Source: a virus
Lineage: Duplodnaviria > Caudoviricetes
DNA length: 64,000 nucleotides
Strand: one strand, 5' to 3'
IMG/VR virus record: IMGVR_UViG_3300032007_000001
Part shown: positions 8,651 through 17,362 of the stretch, piece by piece
How positions within the stretch are numbered: the stretch's first letter is position 1
How the letters are laid out: each line of letters begins with the position of its first letter
The notes under the pieces: model-generated
What the model was told of the DNA's origin: nothing
Databases searched by the model: none
Seen by the model: only the letters and a program-made list of their open reading frames with translations
Translations under genes and position numbers: made by a program

Positions 8651-8848
8651 TTAACTATCAATTTTTTTATTTGCATCTTTTAAAGTTTTTAATAAAGTAT
8701 CATCTTCTAAATAAAAATAATCTCTTCCTGGGTCAAATCCTATATTTTGCAATAATTGAAAAAATCTCCAATCTGGTACTTTGTCCCACAAAATTGCAAA
8801 TTCATTTAGTATTTCACCAATTCTTTTTGGGTCTCTCATTTCTTTCAC
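8651..8848 (-). CDS. Small phage protein, DUF1040/YihD-like
   Basis: MRDPKRI.EIL....W...PDWRF.QL...D.FY.EDD motif. Confidence 0.7.
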   Translation of the reverse strand: MKEMRDPKRIGEILNEFAILWDKVPDWRFFQLLQNIGFDPGRDYFYLEDDTLLKTLKDANKKIDS

Positions 8849-8889
8849 CTCTAAATATATTCTACTATAAAAAAATACTTTTTTTAATT

Positions 8890-8921
8890 AAAAAGGACAA
8901 AACATTTAATTTTGTCCTTTT
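8890..8921. terminator. Intrinsic terminator
   Basis: AAAAGGACAAAA / TTTTGTCCTTTT. Confidence 0.75.
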
Positions 8922-8927
8922 ATATAA

Positions 8928-10475
8928 TTAAGCAAATATAATAGTAAGAGTATTATCTCCTTTAAGTAATTGAGAAGTAATTTGAGACCTAATGCTATTA
9001 TTTACATTAGCTAATGTTACTTTAGTTACGGAAGAATCTTTGAACATATCACTTATTCTATTAGTATTGATTATGCTACTGCAATCAATAATCCAAGGGA
9101 ATTCAGAAGGTAAAGAAGTACAATAATAAAACATCCTATACATATTAGTTACATTATTAGTATCTAATTGTGGTATGGAAGTAAGTTTAGTACAATTAAA
9201 AAACATCTCTTTCATACTAGTTACTTTACTAGTGTTTAGGTTTTTAAATATATCTTCATTACCAGTAAGTTTATTACAATCATAAAACATACTGCCCATA
9301 TTAGTTACGCTACTAGTATCTAATTGTGGTATGGAAGTAAGAGAACTACATTCATAAAACATACAATACATATTTGTTACCTTGCTGGTGTCTAATTGTG
9401 GTATAGTAGTAAGATTATCACAACGAACAAACATTTCCTTAGTAGTAGTTAAATTACTACTATTTAATTTATCAGGTACAATAATCATAGTATGATAAAT
9501 AGAAGGATATAATTGGCTCATTTCATAATTACTGTCAGTTAATATTATGATAGCAATAGTAGCTTCACTTGCACTAACAGTAGTATTACCAGTTATAGTA
9601 CCAGAAGAAGCAGATAAAGTACCTGCATTATATCCTTCTGCTCCAGCTACTGTAGCAGTCCAAGTAGTACCATATTCAACAGTAAAGTTCTGGTCTGAAG
9701 AAATACTTGTTACTGTTACTGGAGAAGAATCCGGCTCTGTATATGTTAATGTTATTATTTGATTTGTTGTTCCGGCAATCGTTAATAATACTTGAAAATC
9801 AACATTAACACCAAGTGTTACAGATGATGGAGCATTATAATTATTATCTCCTAAAGCGCTTATTGTAACATTAGAAGAACCGGTTTTATGTCCAGTAAAT
9901 GTAATTATATTATTATTAATTGTAGTTGTAACTACATCTGTATCACTAGATAAAGCTGATATAGCACTATTGCTAGAATGATTAGCTGTAATAACATCTG
10001 TATTATGACTTTTTGTTAAAGATATATTATCTTTACTTAATCTTATACTATCATCAGCTTTATTTATTGTCCAAGATATTGTAATTGGGTCGTCTGTTTC
10101 GTCTTGCCATACATATCCTTCTACTGGAGTAAATGTAGCAGAATATGTTCCAGCATTTATTTCAGCTTGGAAATTTGTTAAAATCAAATGCATATCGTCA
10201 TAAGACATCCATTCTGGTGTTTTTGCATTTCCATCATATGTTAAAGTTCCTGATTGAGATGGCACACCATTCACACGACATGTCGTTTTCGTTACATAAA
10301 AATATTCATTATCTTTTTTTATGTACATTCCAATTTTTGTATTATCTATAGCATTTACTTTCGTAGCTGCTACTTCATATCCTCCGAATTTTACTCTTGG
10401 ATATGTAGTTGTATCATTACTATCTATTAATAAACAACTTATACCATTAATTTTTTTATATCCCACTACTTTCAC
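8928..10475 (-). CDS. Surface/adhesin-like protein: Ig-like domains + DUF285/BspA-type leucine-rich repeats
   Basis: Repeats IPQLDTSxVTNMxxMFYxCxxLT; Ig-like SSDTDVVT..ITFTG.KTGSSNVTISA; start may be GTG 10466. Confidence 0.8.
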   Translation of the reverse strand: MKVVGYKKINGISCLLIDSNDTTTYPRVKFGGYEVAATKVNAIDNTKIGMYIKKDNEYFYVTKTTCRVNGVPSQSGTLTYDGNAKTPEWMSYDDMHLILTNFQAEINAGTYSATFTPVEGYVWQDETDDPITISWTINKADDSIRLSKDNISLTKSHNTDVITANHSSNSAISALSSDTDVVTTTINNNIITFTGHKTGSSNVTISALGDNNYNAPSSVTLGVNVDFQVLLTIAGTTNQIITLTYTEPDSSPVTVTSISSDQNFTVEYGTTWTATVAGAEGYNAGTLSASSGTITGNTTVSASEATIAIIILTDSNYEMSQLYPSIYHTMIIVPDKLNSSNLTTTKEMFVRCDNLTTIPQLDTSKVTNMYCMFYECSSLTSIPQLDTSSVTNMGSMFYDCNKLTGNEDIFKNLNTSKVTSMKEMFFNCTKLTSIPQLDTNNVTNMYRMFYYCTSLPSEFPWIIDCSSIINTNRISDMFKDSSVTKVTLANVNNSIRSQITSQLLKGDNTLTIIFA

Positions 10476-10536
10476 TCCACTTATAAAAAATCTTTACATA
10501 AAATAAATAAAATAAATATAAAAAGGAAATATAACG

Positions 10537-10830
10537 ATGAAAAAATTTACAATAGATTTGTCTAATGCTAAAGAAAAACAAGAAAAAACAATGACAATAG
10601 AAGATTATATATTTTTATATATGAAATCTTTCGTTGAAAAAGAATTTGTTGCATTAACAAAAAAATATAAAAATTTGGACCAAAGAAATATAAAAGAAAA
10701 ATATAAATGTTTTGGAGAAATGGAAATGTTATTAAAAGTTGGCCAAAACATTGGAATGTTCAACAATTTTACATCTTATAAAGACTTAAAAGACCAAATA
10801 GATGGACTCATTGAATTCATGCAGCAATAA
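10537..10830 (+). CDS. Hypothetical protein
   Basis: ORF 97 aa with AAAGGA RBS. Confidence 0.7.
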   Translation: MKKFTIDLSNAKEKQEKTMTIEDYIFLYMKSFVEKEFVALTKKYKNLDQRNIKEKYKCFGEMEMLLKVGQNIGMFNNFTSYKDLKDQIDGLIEFMQQ

Positions 10831-10888
10831 ATCAAAACATTGCTGCTTTTTTATTTTTTCTATAGACAAGCATAAGGAGGTGTTGTAT

Positions 10889-11290
10889 ATGCAAATCATA
10901 TATGTTTCTTATCCATTAAAATATTTTTATTTACGAAATAGAATCTATAAATTTGTTTTAGACAATAAAAATTTTCCAATTGATATGTTCAAGATTTTCG
11001 ATGTTGTGTTAGATGATATTAATGACAGTAAATATTCTGCTCTTATAGCAGATATGAAAAAAAATATCATACCAAAATGTGACGAAATATGGGTATTTGA
11101 AGAAATACATGATTTCATGTTAGAAGATATTACAATAGCTAAGAAAAAAAATGTTCCTATTAAATATGTAACATTGGAAACAATAGTAAGATTTATTACT
11201 CCAGAAGAAATTAAATTTAGTAAATCTTTATTAAAAAGATATAATACTGAAGATTTACAAAAGATGATTGAAGTTAAATTTGCCTCTTAA
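10889..11290 (+). CDS. Nucleoside 2-deoxyribosyltransferase-like (DUF4406-type) protein
   Basis: IYVSYP ... KCDEIWVF ... M..DI..AKK..VPIKY pattern; start reassigned to ATG 10889 after AAGGAGGTG. Confidence 0.6.
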   Translation: MQIIYVSYPLKYFYLRNRIYKFVLDNKNFPIDMFKIFDVVLDDINDSKYSALIADMKKNIIPKCDEIWVFEEIHDFMLEDITIAKKKNVPIKYVTLETIVRFITPEEIKFSKSLLKRYNTEDLQKMIEVKFAS

Positions 11291-11303
11291 AAAGAGGCTT
11301 TTT
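11282..11303 (+). terminator. Intrinsic terminator
   Basis: GCCTCTT / AAGAGGC stem then T-tract. Confidence 0.6.
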
Positions 11304-11373
11304 TATTTATCTAAAAATTTTTTCAAAAAAATTTTAATTTTTTTGTGAAATCTTTTCTTTTTTTAAAATTTTT

Positions 11374-11382
11374 TGTTATAAT
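11374..11382 (+). promoter_or_regulatory. Extended -10 sigmaA promoter
   Basis: TGTTATAAT within an A/T-tract-rich intergenic region; -35 weak. Confidence 0.6.
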
Positions 11383-11434
11383 CTGAATAGGAACCACCGA
11401 AAAACAATAAATTTTTTTAGAGGAGGCTGAAAAA

Positions 11435-11959
11435 ATGAAAGCAGCAGGAACAAAAACAAACAAAACGGTGAAAGGGGCAATTGCAATGACGAAGTACGAA
11501 AAAAAGAAACAACTGAATGGGTACAAATCTATGAGGGACCTGGAAAGAGCAATGGGGTTGAGACTCGATAGCATAAGCCAATGGATGAGCTACCACAACA
11601 TACACGACCTCAAAATCGCTCTCAAGTGCATCAAAAAACCCAAAAAGGTAACAAAACATAGGGAACCAATCGAATACAAAGGAAAAACGTTTGAGACGAA
11701 AGCATCTTTAGCAAAATATCTCAACATTGACAGTAGGAAATTGTGCTCGTATTTATCGAAACACAAAGGAACAAACATTGAAGATGCAATCAAAAACCTC
11801 AAGAGTGGTATGCATTGTTGCACATTCAACGGGAAGAAATACAAAAACAAGGTAGAAATGTGTAAGGATTTGGGCATCAACATTTGTGCATTCAGATACT
11901 ACTACAATATAAAGAAGTTGCCAGTCAAAATCGCAGTCAAGATATGTTTGGGAAAGTAA
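11435..11959 (+). CDS. Basic DNA-binding protein with repeated NUMOD1/HTH-like modules
   Basis: GYKSMRDLERAMGL, YKGKTFETKASLAKYLNI and FNGKKYKNKVEMCKDLGI repeats; no nuclease motif seen. Confidence 0.65.
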   Translation: MKAAGTKTNKTVKGAIAMTKYEKKKQLNGYKSMRDLERAMGLRLDSISQWMSYHNIHDLKIALKCIKKPKKVTKHREPIEYKGKTFETKASLAKYLNIDSRKLCSYLSKHKGTNIEDAIKNLKSGMHCCTFNGKKYKNKVEMCKDLGINICAFRYYYNIKKLPVKIAVKICLGK

Positions 11960-11967
11960 TTAAATTG

Positions 11968-11998
11968 AAAAAGAGGAGCTTAATTGCTCCTCTTTTTT
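11968..11998. terminator. Bidirectional intrinsic terminator
   Basis: AAAAAGAGGAGC / GCTCCTCTTTTT. Confidence 0.85.
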
Positions 11999-12000
11999 AT

Positions 12001-12750
12001 TTAGTCAATCATATATTGTAAAATATTTTCAGTTAATTTCATCTTAAACGAATTCTTTTGATGGAGTTCTTCTATTCTCTTTTTTGCTTCCATATTTTCT
12101 ATTTTACCAGTCAATAAATACTTATCCAAAACATCATATGAAAAACCAAGATTTTCTTCATCTGTTTTTCCAGTCAATCCATCACTTGGAGGTTTTAATA
12201 AAAATTCTTCTGGTATTCCCAAACATCTTCCAATCTGTATAACTTCCCATACAGTTAAATTGAATAACGGTGCAAAATCTCCAACACCGTCTCCATATAA
12301 TGTACTATATCCTATATATCTCTCTGAAAAATTGCTTGTATTCACAACCAATGCATTTGAGCTTTGAGCAACAGCATACAATACAGACATGCGAAGACGT
12401 GGTGCTAGATTTATTTTTGTTTGTTCCGTCAAATTAACATCTTGTTTTTGAATCTGTTCAAGTATTGTCAAATAAGACATCGCAATATTTACAATATATG
12501 GTTTTATATCCAAATATCTGCAAATATCTCCAGCAGTGTCCATATCATTCATAATACCATTTGGAATAATAACACCCAAAACTCTGTCTTTCCCAACAGC
12601 TTCAACGCATATTTTGGCAGTAACTGTAGAATCTTTTCCTCCAGAAATACCAATAACTATATTTTTATTATTCTTCTTAAAAATATCTCTAACCCATTCA
12701 ATAACTTCATTTGTAGTTTTCTCTATATTCATTGGATACGCCTCCCACAT
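12001..12750 (-). CDS. nadE: NH3-dependent NAD+ synthetase
   Basis: VIGISGGKDS, NLAPRLRM, TSNFSE..IGYSTLYGD, PPSDGL.GKTDEENLG.SY..LD; likely start MNIEKT. Confidence 0.95.
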   Translation of the reverse strand: MWEAYPMNIEKTTNEVIEWVRDIFKKNNKNIVIGISGGKDSTVTAKICVEAVGKDRVLGVIIPNGIMNDMDTAGDICRYLDIKPYIVNIAMSYLTILEQIQKQDVNLTEQTKINLAPRLRMSVLYAVAQSSNALVVNTSNFSERYIGYSTLYGDGVGDFAPLFNLTVWEVIQIGRCLGIPEEFLLKPPSDGLTGKTDEENLGFSYDVLDKYLLTGKIENMEAKKRIEELHQKNSFKMKLTENILQYMID

Positions 12751-12794
12751 TATTATTTTATAATAAATTCAAAAAAATTAACATAACGTATAAC

Positions 12795-12816
12795 AAAAAG
12801 GCTGAAAAATTCAGCC
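12795..12816 (-). terminator. Intrinsic terminator
   Basis: GGCTGAA / TTCAGCC stem followed by T-tract on minus strand. Confidence 0.55.
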
Positions 12817-13245
12817 CTTAAATTTGTCGCTTATCTTTTTGGCGATTTCATCATTTATTCTATAATCAATTACTAACACCTGTATTTTACTATCCAATAT
12901 CTTAAATATCATATCTTGAGTTAATTGCTTATCATTAATCACATCTGCAATTTCCAAATTTTTTAACTTATTATGAGAAAGAATATACTTCAATGCATTC
13001 AATCTCTTATTCCCATCTAAAACATTATAAATATTACCTTTTTCATGAAAAATCAAAAATTGCAAAGGAATATTTAATAATAAACTTTCTGCTATTTGAC
13101 TAGCAAAATTTTCATCAATTTCTGTTTTGTTCATATTGATTTTATTTGCTGTCATTAAACGCATTAATTGGTCAACTGTAAAATTAACAATATCAACTCT
13201 TAAATTGTTGGCTAATTCTTTTACTTGTTTTGTTAAATTATCCAT
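12811..13245 (-). CDS. DUF262 (ParB/Srx-like, DGQHR-type) domain protein
   Basis: ESLLLNIPL ... YNVLDGNKRLNAL motif. Confidence 0.7.
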   Translation of the reverse strand: MDNLTKQVKELANNLRVDIVNFTVDQLMRLMTANKINMNKTEIDENFASQIAESLLLNIPLQFLIFHEKGNIYNVLDGNKRLNALKYILSHNKLKNLEIADVINDKQLTQDMIFKILDSKIQVLVIDYRINDEIAKKISDKFKG

Positions 13246-13256
13246 AAAAACATCCT

Positions 13257-13784
13257 TTACATTCCAAAATTCTTTATAAATTCTTTTTTTGTTTTTTCAA
13301 TCAGCGTTTCTTTATTCATCGGCCTATCTAAATAAAATCTAAATTTATTTTTTATTTCATAATTTTCTTGAACTGTAACATCTAATTGCATAAATTTATA
13401 AAAAATTTTTTCATTTATATTGACATAATCAAATCTTTTGCGTAATATTTTTTCAATTTCATCAGAATAATATGATACTTTAAAACATTTTGTTCTTATA
13501 ACATAATAAAAATCAGAATATGTTTTCGCATATGAATCAATATAATCATAATCATAATTTGGTTCTTCACCAGAAATCAATTTATTGGTTTCAAAAACAT
13601 TAAAAATGGTTTTCATCAAAAACATTGTTCTTTTTATAATTTCTTCATCGCTTAAATATCTTCTATCTACTTTTTCACAACGAAAAACTTTTTTGTCGTT
13701 ATCAAAAATAACAACATCCAAATATTTTTTTGTTATATTTAATTGTGCTAAAAAATTTTCATACATTAATTTTTTCTTACTCAT
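13257..13784 (-). CDS. Hypothetical protein, paralog of the adjacent upstream gene
   Basis: 175 aa; shares KKY.D, ETNK...GE and LDR motifs with 13787..14305. Confidence 0.7.
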   Translation of the reverse strand: MSKKKLMYENFLAQLNITKKYLDVVIFDNDKKVFRCEKVDRRYLSDEEIIKRTMFLMKTIFNVFETNKLISGEEPNYDYDYIDSYAKTYSDFYYVIRTKCFKVSYYSDEIEKILRKRFDYVNINEKIFYKFMQLDVTVQENYEIKNKFRFYLDRPMNKETLIEKTKKEFIKNFGM

Positions 13785-13786
13785 AA

Positions 13787-14305
13787 TTAATTTCCAATCC
13801 TTTTCTTAAAAAAATCAATAAATTCTAATCTAAAATCATTTTTTGTTCGAATTCTATCCAATGGCAAAGGAATTGTTTTTATCGGAGATTGATTATAATG
13901 CAATGTAATAAGGTATTCTTTTTGCACATTATTTGAAAAAACATTTAATTTACAATCACTCATAAACGAAAAAATATATGACATTTGAACATAAATATCA
14001 TATTTACTACTAATATCAATAAAAAAATTAGTATGTACAAACAATTTTTTACATTCGCTTCGCACACTTTTTATAACATTAAAACCTTCACCATAAAGTT
14101 TTTTGTTTGTTTCATATATAAAATAAAGTTTTTGCATTAGCGACATTGCTAATGCTTTTATTTTTCTATCATCATTTTTTGAACAATAAATATTTTTTCC
14201 TTCAACTATCAATAAATCATCACATTTTACATTAATATCAAAATATTTTTTGTAAAAATGGATTGTAGTTACAAGATTTTCAAATTTGAATTCAAATGCT
14301 TTCAT
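13787..14305 (-). CDS. Hypothetical protein, paralog of 13257..13784
   Basis: ORF track gives 13787..14314; ATG 14305 preferred given promoter position. Confidence 0.7.
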   Translation of the reverse strand: MKAFEFKFENLVTTIHFYKKYFDINVKCDDLLIVEGKNIYCSKNDDRKIKALAMSLMQKLYFIYETNKKLYGEGFNVIKSVRSECKKLFVHTNFFIDISSKYDIYVQMSYIFSFMSDCKLNVFSNNVQKEYLITLHYNQSPIKTIPLPLDRIRTKNDFRLEFIDFFKKRIGN

Positions 14306-14321
14306 ATCTCTCACCGATTAA

Positions 14322-14350
14322 ATTTTATCACAAATAAAAAATTTTGTAAA
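14322..14350 (-). promoter_or_regulatory. SigmaA-type (early) promoter
   Basis: TTTACA-17bp-TAAAAT with TG extended -10. Confidence 0.7.
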
Positions 14351-14424
14351 TACTTTTATAACTATTCTTATGAAAGCAATTATTTTTATTTTATTTTATA
14401 GAGAAACAAGTGAGGTGACAAAAT

Positions 14425-14967
14425 TTGCTGCCTAATAGAACCGTATTTTCGCCAAATTTGGTTTATCCAAGAATGACTTATTATACGAGAGTTGTTGATA
14501 ATCAAACCGGCGAACAAGTTTTTCCTTGGTTAAGTACATCTAGAAATAAAAACATTTTTTATGGATGTGTCGATGCAATAAATGGCGGAGAAAGCGACTT
14601 TATAGTAGAATACGACATATATAATAATGAACCTTATGCTTGGGACGGACAAGGCGCATCTCTTACAGCAATGAATGCAGTAGAATGTAATTTATACATA
14701 GATTTTTCGTCTGAATGTAGAAATATAGGTAATTTCTTCTATTGCCGTTGCGTAACATACGACCCGCATGCTGAATGGGAAGCAATCACACCAGCTCATC
14801 CAAAATATACTAAAATTCAAGGAGCAGCATCTCCAGATTTTGGTACTATTCTTGGAGTTGGTGACCATGCCGTTATACAAACAAAACTGATGTTAAAAAA
14901 GAATACTACAATTTGTAAAGAAATGTATAATTTCCAATTGCGGTTCAGTTATAAATATAGAAGGTGA
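14425..14967 (+). CDS. Probable virion structural protein
   Basis: GAGGTG RBS, TTG start, first gene of the operon leading to neck/sheath genes. Confidence 0.55.
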   Translation: MLPNRTVFSPNLVYPRMTYYTRVVDNQTGEQVFPWLSTSRNKNIFYGCVDAINGGESDFIVEYDIYNNEPYAWDGQGASLTAMNAVECNLYIDFSSECRNIGNFFYCRCVTYDPHAEWEAITPAHPKYTKIQGAASPDFGTILGVGDHAVIQTKLMLKKNTTICKEMYNFQLRFSYKYRR

Positions 14968-14968
14968 T

Positions 14969-15748
14969 ATGATGCCAATTAAAGAATTAGCTAAAAAATC
15001 AATCACCTTTGATTGCTATTTTATGCCATTAGGAATGGAAAGCGATAGAAATCCTTTATTTGCATCATTTAAGAATGAACCGCATCCAGAAGAATTAATT
15101 TTATTCATGGACAATAAAGAAATTGGTAATTATTCTGATATTGATTTTCAAAGATATTCTTTGCGTCCCGTTATCGGTTATATAAAAAATGGTGATAAAA
15201 TTTACAAAAATGCAAAAGTCAATTTTGTAAAAAAAGGAGAAAAACGTTTTGCTAACATTTATGCAGATACTTGTTATACAAATTCTGCTGGTATGTACAA
15301 AGCTTATATAACTCCAGGAACATATGATATTGAAGTTATTTTTAATAATAACAAATATATAAATAAAGACCAAGAAATAAAAAATGGTTTAGCATATCCA
15401 TTTTATGTTTTTGTTAAAGCCGCCATCAAAAATCATGTCAAAGACACTGTGACATTTACAAATTCGGAGTATATATACATATCAAATTACTTAAAAGACG
15501 AAGCTGATAGGCCTCTTCCAAATGCAGAAATTATTGTATATGATGAAAGTTATATTTACGCATATGTTTTGACAAATAAAGATGGCAGATATACATTCGC
15601 ATTGAAGCCAGGAACATATAATGTACTTATTCGTTCTAAAGATAGAAACGCAAAACATTCAAAAATAGAATTAAATGGACATAATGGATTTGATGAACAA
15701 TTAAAAAAAGATAATTTGTTTTCAAAAGAAGCTATGATTTTATTGTAA
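14969..15748 (+). CDS. Virion protein with two carboxypeptidase-regulatory-like (transthyretin-like) beta-sandwich domains
   Basis: TNSAGMY..ITPGTYDIEV and TNKDGRY.F.LKPGTYNVLI repeats. Confidence 0.65.
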   Translation: MMPIKELAKKSITFDCYFMPLGMESDRNPLFASFKNEPHPEELILFMDNKEIGNYSDIDFQRYSLRPVIGYIKNGDKIYKNAKVNFVKKGEKRFANIYADTCYTNSAGMYKAYITPGTYDIEVIFNNNKYINKDQEIKNGLAYPFYVFVKAAIKNHVKDTVTFTNSEYIYISNYLKDEADRPLPNAEIIVYDESYIYAYVLTNKDGRYTFALKPGTYNVLIRSKDRNAKHSKIELNGHNGFDEQLKKDNLFSKEAMILL

Positions 15749-15761
15749 AGGGGGTTAGTCA

Positions 15762-16601
15762 ATGAACATTATTTTTCAAAAACAATTACCACCTCCTGAA
15801 CATATTATGATTTCATATGCTAGAGACCAAAAACATCTAATCATAACATGGGAAGAAGTAAGAAACCCAGATAAATATGTAATCAATAAAACAATAAAAA
15901 AAGTACTATATAACGTTTACAAAGGTTCTTCTCAAAATGGATTGTTCTATAAAATAAACGATTTGCCATTACAAACAAATCGTTTTGAAGATAAAGACAT
16001 CAATGTAAATCCAAACATAATGAATTGGTACAAAATTTCCTCTGTATACGAAGATGAAAATGGAAATTTTATTGAGGGTGAATCTTCAAGGCCATCAACA
16101 TTTAGAATTAGAAATACAGATAAATGGTTCTTCAAAATAAATGAAAGAAACTATTGGATTTTGAAAAACACTGGAATGTTGTTTGATTTATATACAAGAA
16201 AATATGATGGTGAAAGATGTCCACAATGTTATGATGAAATAAGAGGACGGTCTGGAAGTAATTCTTGCGACATGTGTTATGGTACTGGTTGGGTTGGTGG
16301 ATATGACCCAGCATTCCAATTATATGTAAGACTGAAACCAGTAGAACAATATCTCGGCGTTTCAAATCAAATGTTTGTAAATGAAAATAGTCCTGGTGCT
16401 TGGACAATTTCAGACACAATCATAAAAAATAGAGACATTTTAATTTCTCCAGACGGAACGTTTTATCAAGTAATAGCTCATCAAGTCAATCAGGCTGGTG
16501 GATATTTATTCCATCAAGAATTAAGATTAAAGGCTTATGACCCATTAGACGTCATATATAAAATGAAAAGAACCACACTTTATCCAAAAGAATTTGAATA
16601 A
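15762..16601 (+). CDS. Neck/head-closure-like protein (FnIII-like N-terminus + Cys cluster)
   Basis: ITWE..YNVYKG..WYKISSV...GES FnIII pattern; CPQC..CDMCYGTGWVGGY; upstream of sheath. Confidence 0.55.
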   Translation: MNIIFQKQLPPPEHIMISYARDQKHLIITWEEVRNPDKYVINKTIKKVLYNVYKGSSQNGLFYKINDLPLQTNRFEDKDINVNPNIMNWYKISSVYEDENGNFIEGESSRPSTFRIRNTDKWFFKINERNYWILKNTGMLFDLYTRKYDGERCPQCYDEIRGRSGSNSCDMCYGTGWVGGYDPAFQLYVRLKPVEQYLGVSNQMFVNENSPGAWTISDTIIKNRDILISPDGTFYQVIAHQVNQAGGYLFHQELRLKAYDPLDVIYKMKRTTLYPKEFE

Positions 16602-16676
16602 ATATATAAATTAAAATTCAAAAAACAATCTATTATTTAAGTAGGAGAAGATTTATCCTTTAAGGATTGGTTAGAA

Positions 16677-17339
16677 ATGATAGTAGAACATGCAGAAAGA
16701 CATATAAAAGATGTCATAATTTCATTTCTTCGGTTATATTTCAGAAATCCTAAAAACTATATGCATAAACTTCCTCGGCAAATACCAAAAGATTATTTTG
16801 CGAAAGCAGTATTCTTTGATACAGAACCCGAGGAATTAAGAGAATTTCCATTAGCGATAATAACAACATTCTCTGGCACAATGGTTACTGCTGGATTGTC
16901 TGATTTTTGCCAAGAAATTAAAGACCCGCGTTCTGGAAGTATCATTGCTTACCGCTATCAAGGCTTTTATGAGTTCGGAGTCCAAATAGACATTGGATGC
17001 AAGAATACATTAGAAAGAGAAACGTTTGCTGATTTAATAGCTAAAGCATTAAGATTTTCTTTGAGAAGATTCATTCAAAATCAAGGAATAATCATTAAAA
17101 ATGTTAGCTATAGCAACGAATCGACAATAGACTACAATTCAGATAAGATATACATAGCATCTATCAAATTAGATACATGGTCTTCTTGGATTGAAGATGT
17201 AGAATTACTCGATCCAAACGAATTCTCTCTCAAAGGTTCTATGTCTGCTACAGGCGATGATACTACCGATGCAAAAAGCTATATAAACACCAATGCAGAT
17301 GATTATCGGCATAATGGTGAAGATAAATCAGATTCTTAA
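16677..17339 (+). CDS. Tail terminator/neck-like protein
   Basis: Immediately upstream of sheath; size and beta-rich pattern consistent. Confidence 0.45.
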   Translation: MIVEHAERHIKDVIISFLRLYFRNPKNYMHKLPRQIPKDYFAKAVFFDTEPEELREFPLAIITTFSGTMVTAGLSDFCQEIKDPRSGSIIAYRYQGFYEFGVQIDIGCKNTLERETFADLIAKALRFSLRRFIQNQGIIIKNVSYSNESTIDYNSDKIYIASIKLDTWSSWIEDVELLDPNEFSLKGSMSATGDDTTDAKSYINTNADDYRHNGEDKSDS

Positions 17340-17362
17340 TAAATGGAAGGAGGTCATTAGAC

